This document shows, piece by piece, positions 28,870 to 37,326 of a stretch of 64,000 nucleotides of DNA (positions are counted from its first letter, which is position 1; each line of letters begins with the position of its first letter). Source of the DNA: Candidatus Staskawiczbacteria bacterium. GTDB taxonomy: Bacteria > Patescibacteriota > Minisyncoccia > Minisyncoccales > Staskawiczbacteraceae. The stretch lies in the NCBI GenBank assembly GCA_041659225.1, contig JBAZYR010000001.1:98087-162086 (forward strand), given 5' to 3'. The position numbers were made by a program, and so were the translations under genes. Under the pieces are notes generated by a model. The model was not told where the DNA came from. It ran no database searches and was given only the letters and a program-made list of their open reading frames with translations.

Positions 28870-28891
28870 AAGCCACTACGGTGGCTTTTTA
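28870..28891 (+). terminator. Rho-independent terminator of the mini-protein gene
   Basis: agccac-tacg-gtggct followed by tttt. It overlaps the stop of the convergent gene. Confidence 0.65.
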
Positions 28892-29974
28892 CTTATTAAT
28901 TACTTTGACTATACCTTTGTAAGCATCTACTTCAACTACGTCTCCATCTTTTATAACTCTCGTCGCCCTTTCAGTTTGTATAACGCAAGGTATATTTAAT
29001 TCTCGGCTTACTACCGCAGCGTGGGAAAGCATACCTCCTTGATCAGCTACAATAGCCGATGCTTTCTTGCAAAGAATCATTATGTCAGGACTTGTGGTCT
29101 CGGCTACCAGAATATCTCCTTTCTTCATCCTTCTGTTTATCTCTGCAATCAGCTTATAGTCATTGAGCATCGGTGCTATCACAGCCCTGCCTTGAGTTTT
29201 TCCCGGATTAGCTACAACTCCTTTGAGTACGCGTGACTGGCTGATAGAGTTAAATTTCCGATCAAATTTTAATGCCTCTTTGAGGCTGAACGTTATTGTC
29301 TTTCCATCTATACTGGCTGCTGCATAGCATTTTCCCCTACCTTTAATTATCTCAGGATCGACTATTTTTCCGCTGAACACATCCAATAGCTCATCCAGAT
29401 ACAGATATTTAGCTTTATAGTCCGTGAGAAAATCCCGGGAAATTGAAGTAAGAACATTTTGTGTGACGCCGTTTTTAAAGAAAAATGCATTCAGCACTTC
29501 TCTGGCCTTGAATTTGAAGGTACTTATTTCTTTTAATCTCTGCATCATTTTCTTGTCTCCATGAGCATTCGCCCATTCAAACGCTAGATCAAGATATGCG
29601 TATTCTACCATGCCGTAATAATACCAAAATTTCCCTAAGAACTTAGCAAGATCAGAGAATTCCTTTTTTGTCATCTTCTTAGGAACTACGGAGTATTTGG
29701 GTATGACTATAGTGTTAGCTTTTTTTACATGGGCTTTAAAATCTCTGTAGTACCTATCGTAAAGCTTCTTATTTTTATACAGTCTCAACCCGTACTGAAG
29801 GCAGATTTTCTCTTTTTTCCGGTTGATAAAAGTATTATATACGCCATCTTTGTATATCAAGAAAATATCCGCACGGTTCATCGATCCATTCAGTAAAAAA
29901 CTGCTATGTAGGCATGAAACAAAGGTGTTGGCGGTGAAGAACTTCTTAAAGTCTTTTGAATTGATGCTTACCAT
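28889..29974 (-). CDS. PEP-utilising-enzyme mobile (phosphohistidine swivel) domain protein, paralog A; no ATP-grasp or TIM-barrel domain
   Basis: C-terminal approx. 90 aa read GKTQGRAVI...GDILVAETTSPDIMILCKKASAIVADQGGMLSHAAVVSRELNIPCVIQT...DGDVVEVDAYKGIV, a PF00391-type pattern with the phospho-His. The N-terminal approx. 260 aa are unassigned. Confidence 0.7.
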   Translation of the reverse strand: MVSINSKDFKKFFTANTFVSCLHSSFLLNGSMNRADIFLIYKDGVYNTFINRKKEKICLQYGLRLYKNKKLYDRYYRDFKAHVKKANTIVIPKYSVVPKKMTKKEFSDLAKFLGKFWYYYGMVEYAYLDLAFEWANAHGDKKMMQRLKEISTFKFKAREVLNAFFFKNGVTQNVLTSISRDFLTDYKAKYLYLDELLDVFSGKIVDPEIIKGRGKCYAAASIDGKTITFSLKEALKFDRKFNSISQSRVLKGVVANPGKTQGRAVIAPMLNDYKLIAEINRRMKKGDILVAETTSPDIMILCKKASAIVADQGGMLSHAAVVSRELNIPCVIQTERATRVIKDGDVVEVDAYKGIVKVINK

Positions 29975-30012
29975 ATCCCTATTCTAATAGACGGGGAATA
30001 CTTTCGCAACTA

Positions 30013-30040
30013 TTGACATATATTATATATATGGTATAAT
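30013..30040 (+). promoter_or_regulatory. Near-consensus promoter (TTGACA-16 nt-TGgTATAAT) for the phosphatase gene
   Basis: TTGACA at 30013-30018, TG at 30032-33, TATAAT at 30035-30040. Confidence 0.65.
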
Positions 30041-30098
30041 CAATACAGTTGCTTCACAATCCGTTTGGGTGTGTCCTATACTACGAAAGGAGATTGTC

Positions 30099-30533
30099 GT
30101 GATCAAATCGATTCTGTCCTGCTGCAAGGGTAATACCTGCAGAAGTCCGATGCTTGAGGCGTTTCTCAAGGCATTGCTCCCAGAAGAGGTGGCGGTCGAA
30201 AGCGCTGGAACCTATGAAGGCTGCGATCCCGCTGTCTTGACGAACAGCCCCTCCGTCAACGCAATGCGCGAAGGTTACGGCCTTGACATCTCGGGCCACC
30301 GAAGCCGGTGGGTCAACGATGTCAACCTTGACCGGTTCGATCTCGTGGTCTGTATGTCGCGGGCCGAGGCGAGCTATATCATAGCTCAGAACTTCCCAGG
30401 CCTGGTCATGGTCGCGAATGCAAAGAACGGCGGCGTGCCGAACCCGTGGAAAATGGGGCCTGAGGTTTACGCTGAGTGCGCGAAAGTACTCGAGTCCGTC
30501 GCCCATGAAGTGGTCGAACTCTGGTTCGACTGA
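30099..30533 (+). CDS. Low-molecular-weight protein-tyrosine-phosphatase / ArsC-like fold protein, high-GC
   Basis: GTG start with AAAGGAG 5 nt upstream. P-loop CCKGNTCRSPM fits the C-X5-R-S/T signature. Line 30241-30300 counts 38/60 G+C. Confidence 0.75.
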   Translation: MIKSILSCCKGNTCRSPMLEAFLKALLPEEVAVESAGTYEGCDPAVLTNSPSVNAMREGYGLDISGHRSRWVNDVNLDRFDLVVCMSRAEASYIIAQNFPGLVMVANAKNGGVPNPWKMGPEVYAECAKVLESVAHEVVELWFD

Positions 30534-30556
30534 TCCAATCGGCCACACCACCCACA

Positions 30557-30594
30557 GAAAAAAAGCCCGCGGAGGAAATCTTCCCGGGCTTTTC
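30557..30594. terminator. Bidirectional terminator between the phosphatase gene and swivel-domain paralog B
   Basis: aaaaaaaagcccg...cgggcttttc: a GC stem flanked by an A-run and a T-run. Confidence 0.6.
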
Positions 30595-30607
30595 ACATAT
30601 ATAAAGA

Positions 30608-32008
30608 TTAAATCTTCTTAACTATACCACTATATGCATCCACCTCAACCAAGTCTCCGTCTTTTAGAACTCTGGTTGCATAGTGTGTCCCCACTACACA
30701 AGGAATGTGGAGTTCTCTCGAAATGATAGCTGCATGAGACAGCATCCCTCCTTCATCTGTAATTATAGCTGCGGCTTTGCTGGCTATATCCATGACATTA
30801 GGCTGCGTCATCTGTGTTACAAGAATTTCACCCTTTTGAAACGTTTTCCTAACCAGCCTTGTGTTCTCAACATCGTTAGCACGTAGGACACGCACGACAC
30901 CAGTACTTTTTCCGGGATTCGCAGGCGTTCCTCGCAAAATCTTTGTGTCCGCCTCTTTATACAACGGCCCTAATTCTCTTTTTGCCACTTGCTCCGCTTT
31001 TATCCCGGAATAGTGGAAAAACTTCTTATTTTTAAGATGACCGGCAAAACATCGTTTCCTGTCTGATTTTTCTTTCGCGGACAATAGCTCACCTTTGTTA
31101 ACAGCTTTTTTTAAATCCTCCAAGAGATAAAGTTTCCATAGATCGTTGACACGCTCGTGAGTCCGCTTAGATATTTCTTGATAAAACGGGATTAAATAAA
31201 AATCGCTACCTGCCCAGCAGGATTTTATGGCGATTCTGGTGACAGCGATTCTTTGTGCTAAATTGACAAGTGATTTGGCCTCCGGATGTTTAGATATTAT
31301 TACTTCCTGTTTCTTTCTGAGAACCGCCTTTTCCTCTGCAATATTCTTCGGGGTAAGATTCAATTTATCGTAGGCATACCTTTGCTTTAATGTTTCTAAA
31401 ACCTCTCCATAAGAATAATGGTTCATAACAATCCATGGATATCTCGCCGCGTGATTGATGATGATCTTCTCAGAAAACGAATTCTTTACAATTTTTTGCC
31501 AAGCTAAAAGCTCTAAATTCATATCATCAACTTCTGTCGGCAACATCAAAAGCGAGGCGTTTCTTGGAACAAAATATTTTTTGATCTCCTCCGTGAGATA
31601 GTGAGTGCCCGCTGCCTGACTATATCGAAAGTAGCTAATAATATATGACCACTCATCAATTATTTTTTCTAACCAAGCGATGATTTCTTTGTTGGATAGA
31701 TTGCTGACATTTAGATCCCTGATTTCTTTAAACATTTGCCAATGCCGGGCATAATCGCGGCCCAGCGTTCTTAGAAATTTATTAATGAACTTTTTGTCAA
31801 AAAGCAATTTACCTCTTTCGGTATCTCTCTCAATATCCTTTTCCGAATGAAAACAGCGGATATCGTTATCCGCTGATACCTGAATAATTTCAGAGACATC
31901 GTTCCAGGGAGTAACGTCCCGGAACTTAATAAAAGAGTTTATGTTCGCTTCTATGAATATATTCGGTTCGTGATTACTCCAAAGAAAACGAAATTTTGTT
32001 CTTGGCAT
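30608..32008 (-). CDS. PEP-utilising-enzyme mobile (phosphohistidine swivel) domain protein, paralog B
   Basis: The C-terminus reads GKSTGVVRVL...GEILVTQMTQPNVMDIASKAAAIITDEGGMLSHAAIISRELHIPCVVGT...DGDLVEVDAYSGIV. The helical region before it resembles the linker region of PEP-synthase-like enzymes. No ATP-grasp motif was seen. Confidence 0.7.
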   Translation of the reverse strand: MPRTKFRFLWSNHEPNIFIEANINSFIKFRDVTPWNDVSEIIQVSADNDIRCFHSEKDIERDTERGKLLFDKKFINKFLRTLGRDYARHWQMFKEIRDLNVSNLSNKEIIAWLEKIIDEWSYIISYFRYSQAAGTHYLTEEIKKYFVPRNASLLMLPTEVDDMNLELLAWQKIVKNSFSEKIIINHAARYPWIVMNHYSYGEVLETLKQRYAYDKLNLTPKNIAEEKAVLRKKQEVIISKHPEAKSLVNLAQRIAVTRIAIKSCWAGSDFYLIPFYQEISKRTHERVNDLWKLYLLEDLKKAVNKGELLSAKEKSDRKRCFAGHLKNKKFFHYSGIKAEQVAKRELGPLYKEADTKILRGTPANPGKSTGVVRVLRANDVENTRLVRKTFQKGEILVTQMTQPNVMDIASKAAAIITDEGGMLSHAAIISRELHIPCVVGTHYATRVLKDGDLVEVDAYSGIVKKI

Positions 32009-32019
32009 TGTTTTTATTC

Positions 32020-33891
32020 TTAAAACCCAGTCTTTTTCGTTTCAGTTCTTTTTTTATTACTCTCCTTTTCTTCTTCATCTTCTTCTTCCTCCTCTGCGTC
32101 TACCTCCGCATCCTTCAAAAATCCACCAGCCTGTAGGGACCAGAGATTTTTGTATAAGCTATTTTCTTTGTTTAACAGTTCGCTGTGGCTTCCTTGTTCT
32201 ATAATCATCCCGTCATCAATAACAATAATCCTGTCCATTTTTTGTATCGTAGACAAACGATGGGCGATAACAATCGTAGTGCAACCGGACATTAAATTAT
32301 TCAATGCGTCCTGGATTAACATCTCAGAATGAGAGTCTAAACTAGACGTTGCTTCGTCCAATACTAATATCGGCGCGTTCTTAAGTATTGCCCTGGCAAT
32401 CGCCACTCGCTGACGTTCTCCTCCCGATAGCTTAACCCCCCTTTCCCCGACATATGTGTTGAGGCCTTCGGGTAAATCTTTGATGAACTCATTACAATGA
32501 GAAAGTTCTGCTGCTTTTTGTATTTCCTCTTCCGATGCACCGCGCTTCCCGTATCCGATGTTCTCGGCTAGTGTTCTATGAAATAGTATCGTATCCTGCG
32601 GAACTACAGAAATATTCCTCCTCAGGCTTTCTTGCGTCGCACAGCGTATATCCTGCCCATCAATTAAAACCTTACCGGCAGTTGGAGAATACAAGCGTAA
32701 TAGTAATCTCACGAACGTTGTCTTGCCTGCGCCCGATGGACCAACAAGTGCTACTTTTTCCCCTGGCTTTATAACTAAATCTATATCTTCCAACACCTTT
32801 CTAGTTTGATTGAAGCTGAAACTAAGATCTTTAAATTCAATCTGTCCGTTCGTTACTAAGAGTTCTTTCGCGGAGGGAGAATCTTTAATTTCGTGAGGCA
32901 ACAGCATAATTTCAACCATTTCTTTCGCATCGGCATATGCTTGGTATACGCTTCTCACAACGCGGGTAAAACCCCACAACTGATCAATCAAGCCGATTAT
33001 ATATACCTGCAATAAGACGAAGACGCCAACTGTCAATAAACCCTGGTTCCAGTATTTAATGGCGAAGTAAAAAAGTAAAAACTGTATTGCAAATCCTAAA
33101 AATGCCTGTCCGGCTTCCATTATAGAATCTAGGTTCCAACTCGTCTTTGTCGCTTTCGCCTGCTCATCCGTTACTGCCTTGTATCCCTTAGATTCGAAGG
33201 CCTTTCCGCCGAATAGTTGGATTGTATTTTGATTGGTTATCGTGTCAGAAAGATACCCAGTGGTTTTGGAATCAATTTCTGCAACCAAAATATCGTATTT
33301 TATCTTCCATTTGGAAAATATGATGTTGAATAGTAAAAATAATATTATCCAGACAAAAATAAGCAGAGCGATCCATTTGTTTATAAAAGCCACGACGACA
33401 ATCACAGAAACGATTCTCACAAGCAGAGACAACACATCCCAAATTAAACGGTCGGCCAATGTTTCAAACGATCGAGCAAAACGATTGACCCGCTGCACAA
33501 GGGAGCCGGTAAAATTATTTGTGAAAAAACTATAAGAATGCTCTATCAAATAATCATATGCCTGCTGTTTTAAACGCGCGATAGTGCCGGTTTGGTATGA
33601 ATTATTACAAAGAGTGGCTATACGGTAAAACAGCCAGATAAAACCATTCAAAATCGCTATTTCAATTATTATCGTCAACAGTCGAGAAGCAATTGCTGAT
33701 TTATCCCCGTCAACCGAAACAACGTCAAAAAATTGCTTATACAAAATTGGTGTAACAATTGCTACAATGCTGGCTAACACGATAAAAACTATAAGAAAAA
33801 ACAACGTCCATTTTTGGGGCCTTATTCCCTTCCAAAAAGTGGAAAGGATATCACTGACCCCTACTTTTGGATAATTAATATTTTTTGGCAT
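32020..33891 (-). CDS. ABC exporter, fused permease/ATPase (MsbA/type-1 exporter-like) with acidic tail
   Basis: Six-TM N-terminal half. Walker A GPSGAGKTT, signature LSGGERQR, Walker B ILVLDEATS. The C-terminus reads DAEEEEEDEEE. Confidence 0.9.
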   Translation of the reverse strand: MPKNINYPKVGVSDILSTFWKGIRPQKWTLFFLIVFIVLASIVAIVTPILYKQFFDVVSVDGDKSAIASRLLTIIIEIAILNGFIWLFYRIATLCNNSYQTGTIARLKQQAYDYLIEHSYSFFTNNFTGSLVQRVNRFARSFETLADRLIWDVLSLLVRIVSVIVVVAFINKWIALLIFVWIILFLLFNIIFSKWKIKYDILVAEIDSKTTGYLSDTITNQNTIQLFGGKAFESKGYKAVTDEQAKATKTSWNLDSIMEAGQAFLGFAIQFLLFYFAIKYWNQGLLTVGVFVLLQVYIIGLIDQLWGFTRVVRSVYQAYADAKEMVEIMLLPHEIKDSPSAKELLVTNGQIEFKDLSFSFNQTRKVLEDIDLVIKPGEKVALVGPSGAGKTTFVRLLLRLYSPTAGKVLIDGQDIRCATQESLRRNISVVPQDTILFHRTLAENIGYGKRGASEEEIQKAAELSHCNEFIKDLPEGLNTYVGERGVKLSGGERQRVAIARAILKNAPILVLDEATSSLDSHSEMLIQDALNNLMSGCTTIVIAHRLSTIQKMDRIIVIDDGMIIEQGSHSELLNKENSLYKNLWSLQAGGFLKDAEVDAEEEEEDEEEKESNKKRTETKKTGF

Positions 33892-34492
33892 AAATTAGCG
33901 AAGGAATTTGTTTGATCAGATTATCAACCAAATCGAGTGTTTCTGTTTTTGTAAATTCTAAATTGTTGCGATCCAAAATTCTAACATGCTCATGCTTGCC
34001 CTCTAATTTCCTGCACTCCTGCCCGATTCTCTGGGCTCTTTGTTGTATGAAATCTGACTGCTCACTGATTCTCCCCCGTCTTGTAATGTTTTCCTGAATC
34101 TTCTGCCCGGGTGCCGTGAGCACTATAACTTTATCAGCTCTCAGATGTGAGTTTGCTTTAATCCATTTCCGTAAAATCGGTGGCGATTGTTTCCCGATTT
34201 CGGCATTGAGCCATGCTTCTAAAAGCAGGATATCGCCATCTACATAGCTTGTGATACCAATACCAGCGATGGCATGCGCTCGTTCTAACATTAATCTAGT
34301 ACGTTCAGCCAACCAATCATATCGTTGAGGAGTATCTATCTTATTATTTAAAACACTTAAAATAGTAGAAGTAAAAATACCCTCTTCTCCCTCTAAAAAA
34401 CTGGGGTTACAGTTACGACAGGCCATTTGTCGAGTAAGGAATGAAGTGCCCACACCAGGTGCACCTATAAAAGCGACTACTTCACCTTTCAT
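33875..34492 (-). CDS. P-loop NTPase-like protein (nucleoside/nucleotide-kinase-like) with degenerate Walker A
   Basis: N-terminal GAPGVGTSF has Thr where the canonical Walker A Lys sits. Start set at ATG 34492 because the ORF-track extension crosses tRNA-Ala. The 3' end overlaps the ABC gene start by 17 nt. Confidence 0.45.
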   Translation of the reverse strand: MKGEVVAFIGAPGVGTSFLTRQMACRNCNPSFLEGEEGIFTSTILSVLNNKIDTPQRYDWLAERTRLMLERAHAIAGIGITSYVDGDILLLEAWLNAEIGKQSPPILRKWIKANSHLRADKVIVLTAPGQKIQENITRRGRISEQSDFIQQRAQRIGQECRKLEGKHEHVRILDRNNLEFTKTETLDLVDNLIKQIPSLIYAKKY

Positions 34493-34540
34493 AATATTAT
34501 TTAAGATCACAACTAAAACCTCGACTTGATAAATCAAATG

Positions 34541-34611
34541 TGGACCTGGGGAGAATCGAACTCCCGTCTCCGCAATGCGAATGCGGCGTATTGCCACTAT
34601 ACTACGGGCCC
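34541..34611 (-). tRNA. tRNA-Ala (anticodon CGC)
   Basis: Acceptor gggcccg/caggtcc with G3:U70, anticodon stem ccgca/tgcgg, loop ttcgcat, T-arm gggag-ttcgatt-ctccc. Confidence 0.8.
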
Positions 34612-34775
34612 TAACTATGACAAATAGTACCATTTTTTATTCCGAAAAGAAAGATTCCTCTATTATATACCACACCTTGACAGACCCCCTCAGTTTGCTA
34701 TAATACTCTTACACTTCAAAAGCTGAAACAATGTATATTTTTCATTCACATATACCAATACATTTAAGCTTAAAA

Positions 34776-35207
34776 ATGTTTAGAAATAAAATAATAGTTT
34801 TAACTATTCTAGCCCTAGTTTTTGCTAACTTTTATTGCGTTGGCGCTGCGGCTGCCTCGACCACATTCCACCAAGAAATGGATGAGGGTGTTATTGAGTT
34901 GCTATCTGGTATGGATTCGGGTATAGCCGATAAACAATGCGTGCCGAGTCAAGAAAACGGTCAAAAACCAACGGAGAATAAACAACATGGTAATGGATAT
35001 TCCCTGTGCTGCAAAGACAATAGCCCTTATCGAATTGGAACAATAAGCAAGACCGAAACCAGTAACGACAAAACTGTTTTTTCTACTGCTGCAATCATTC
35101 CCGACTCCCAGTCCATCCGTGGCTATTTCTCCGCTTACCTATATCAAATATCTTTTCTACCACCGCCCGAGGCCTCTAGTTTGCGTTCTGTAGTAAAGAT
35201 CGAGTAA
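34776..35207 (+). CDS. Secreted hypothetical protein upstream of the copper cluster
   Basis: Signal-like N-terminus MFRNKIIVLTILALVFANFYCVGAAAA, plus Cys, His and Met residues. Start chosen at the second ATG. Confidence 0.4.
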   Translation: MFRNKIIVLTILALVFANFYCVGAAAASTTFHQEMDEGVIELLSGMDSGIADKQCVPSQENGQKPTENKQHGNGYSLCCKDNSPYRIGTISKTETSNDKTVFSTAAIIPDSQSIRGYFSAYLYQISFLPPPEASSLRSVVKIE

Positions 35208-35303
35208 AACAAAAACCCATTAAGAATAAACCTAGCGCAAAATAAATGTGCTGGGTTCTTAATGGTTTTTTGTTTGAAAAAATATTAAAATAAGAACATT
35301 ACT

Positions 35304-37091
35304 ATGCCAAAAAAAATAATATTACCCATCCGCGGCATGCACTGCAAATCTTGCGAGATATTAATCGAAGATAATTTGAAAGAAATCTCCGGAGTGCAAA
35401 AGGCTGAAGCGGATCATCGCAAAGAACACGTTATAATTTACTGTGACGAAAAAAATGAACCAAACATAGCGCAGCTTTCGGAAGCAATTGGGAAAGCAGG
35501 ATATAATATCGGCGACCCAGAAAAAAAAGATTCTTTCATCAGTAAAAGTAGCAAAGACTATAAGGAATTGGGCATTGCCTGCCTATTGCTCTTGGGTTTA
35601 TACCTTATAGCAAGAGGATTAGGGATTACTAGTATGGGGGGCGTTAGTGCTTCAAGCGCACTAACCTTGCCAATAGTCCTGTTAATCGGTTTAACTGCGG
35701 GTGTTTCAACCTGCATGGCTCTTGTCGGTGGATTGGTATTGGGTATATCGGCGAGACATGCCGAAATGCACCCAGAGGCTAGCGCAGGACAAAAATTCCG
35801 TCCCCATGTATTCTTCAACTTCGGCAGACTCTTATCTTTCACCTTCCTGGGCGGCTTGCTCGGAATGGTAGGATCCATATTCCAATTATCTGGGACGCTA
35901 TTGGGATTTGTAACAATCGCAATTGGTGCGTTGATGTTGGTCATGGGCTTACAATTGATCGAGATATTCCCGTGGGCTAGAAAACTAAAGCTAACCTTGC
36001 CGAAAGGAATCAGCCGAACCGTCGGAATAGAGAGCCATAAAAAAGAATACAGCCATGGAAATTCTACTTTGATTGGCGCTCTAACATTTTTCCTGCCTTG
36101 CGGTTTTACGCAAGCCATGCAAGTTTACGCGATAGGAACAGGGAGCTTTCTCGGAGGCGCTTTAATAATGGGCACTTTCGCACTGGGAACAATGCCTGGT
36201 TTACTTGGCATCGGAGGATTAACCTCTATTGTCAAGGGAAATGCCGCAAAGCAATTTTTCAAGCTAGCTGGCTTGGTGGTAATTATATTCGGTCTTATGA
36301 ATATCTCAAATGGCTTCGGTCTCGCAGGACTTACTTTCGCTTCAGCTCGAAATAACAATATTGAGATAAACGACCCTAACGTTACGCTTGTAAACGGAGT
36401 TCAAATTGTAAAAATGAGGGAAACGGGGAGCGGATATCAACCGAACAAGTTTACTGTGATAAAAGGCATCCCTGTAAAATGGGTGATTCAAGCTGATGCG
36501 CCCTACTCCTGCGCAGCAAGCATTGTTATGTCGAAATATAACATCAGGAAAAACCTACAAGCCGGAGAGAATATTATTGAATTTACTCCGAAAGAGACCG
36601 GGGCTATAAAATTCTCTTGTTCTATGGGGATGTATACCGGAGTCTTTAATGTTGTTGATGCAAACAGCAACCAAGCTGCCTCTCAAGATAACGCCGATAC
36701 CCAACCAGCGAATACTGGCGGATCTTGCGGCGGAGGCGGAGGCGGGTGTGGGTGCGGCGGAGGGGTGAAGAATCTTCCTGTCGAAGAAGGCGCTACTACC
36801 AATAATACTGGCTCTCAAATACAATTAATTAACAGTACATACACAATTGCTAAGGACATCCAGCCTAATGTTTTCCGAGTGAAAGTCGGCATGCCAGTAA
36901 AATATGTAATTGATCCGAAAGAAGACGGAATAGGTTGTATGTCAGCAATTATGGTACAAAATCTGTATACCAATCCCATACAATTGGAGGCAGGAAAACA
37001 AATCATAATGCAATTCACTCCTAAAACTAAAGGAGAGTATCTCATAACCTGCGCTATGGGAATGAAGCGCGGATCAATTGTCGTTGAATAA
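35304..37091 (+). CDS. Fusion protein: HMA metal-binding domain + TauE/DsbD-like polytopic membrane domain + two cupredoxin-like domains
   Basis: N-terminal IRGMHCKSCE (HMA). About 6 TM helices. A Gly/Cys linker GGSCGGGGGGCGCGGG. Two repeats of the type GYQPNKFTVIKGIPVKWVI...EFTPKETGAIKFSCSMGMYTG and NVFRVKVGMPVKYVI...QFTPKTKGEYLITCAMGMKRG. Confidence 0.65.
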   Translation: MPKKIILPIRGMHCKSCEILIEDNLKEISGVQKAEADHRKEHVIIYCDEKNEPNIAQLSEAIGKAGYNIGDPEKKDSFISKSSKDYKELGIACLLLLGLYLIARGLGITSMGGVSASSALTLPIVLLIGLTAGVSTCMALVGGLVLGISARHAEMHPEASAGQKFRPHVFFNFGRLLSFTFLGGLLGMVGSIFQLSGTLLGFVTIAIGALMLVMGLQLIEIFPWARKLKLTLPKGISRTVGIESHKKEYSHGNSTLIGALTFFLPCGFTQAMQVYAIGTGSFLGGALIMGTFALGTMPGLLGIGGLTSIVKGNAAKQFFKLAGLVVIIFGLMNISNGFGLAGLTFASARNNNIEINDPNVTLVNGVQIVKMRETGSGYQPNKFTVIKGIPVKWVIQADAPYSCAASIVMSKYNIRKNLQAGENIIEFTPKETGAIKFSCSMGMYTGVFNVVDANSNQAASQDNADTQPANTGGSCGGGGGGCGCGGGVKNLPVEEGATTNNTGSQIQLINSTYTIAKDIQPNVFRVKVGMPVKYVIDPKEDGIGCMSAIMVQNLYTNPIQLEAGKQIIMQFTPKTKGEYLITCAMGMKRGSIVVE

Positions 37092-37100
37092 TAATAAAAT

Positions 37101-37313
37101 ATGAAAAACACATTTAAAATTCGCGGGCTAACTTGCGACGCCTGTGTTAAATTGGCGACCAAACGAATTAACAGAATCCATGGAATTTCAGATTTGAAAA
37201 TAAATAGAATCCAAGGTTTGATTAATTTAACGGCCGACCGCAAATTAAGCTTGCAGGAAATCCAAGAAACTTTAAAAGATACTGAGTATAAAATAGAATC
37301 AGCTATCGACTAA
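37101..37313 (+). CDS. copZ: HMA-domain metallochaperone (CopZ-like)
   Basis: 70 aa with FKIRGLTCDACVKLATKRI (the GxTCxxC motif). Confidence 0.75.
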   Translation: MKNTFKIRGLTCDACVKLATKRINRIHGISDLKINRIQGLINLTADRKLSLQEIQETLKDTEYKIESAID

Positions 37314-37326
37314 AGATTCTTAAAAC

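Noticed and set aside
30081-30596. 171-aa minus-strand ORF overlapping the phosphatase gene
   Set aside because: It is an antisense open frame created by high GC. The plus-strand frame carries the C-X5-R phosphatase signature, an RBS and a promoter.
36727-36766. G-rich tract (ggcggaggcggaggcgggtgtgggtgcggcggagggg) as a possible G-quadruplex or regulatory element
   Set aside because: It lies inside the 35304-37091 CDS and encodes the Gly/Cys linker GGSCGGGGGGCGCGGG. A coding explanation is sufficient, and G4 formation cannot be assessed here.
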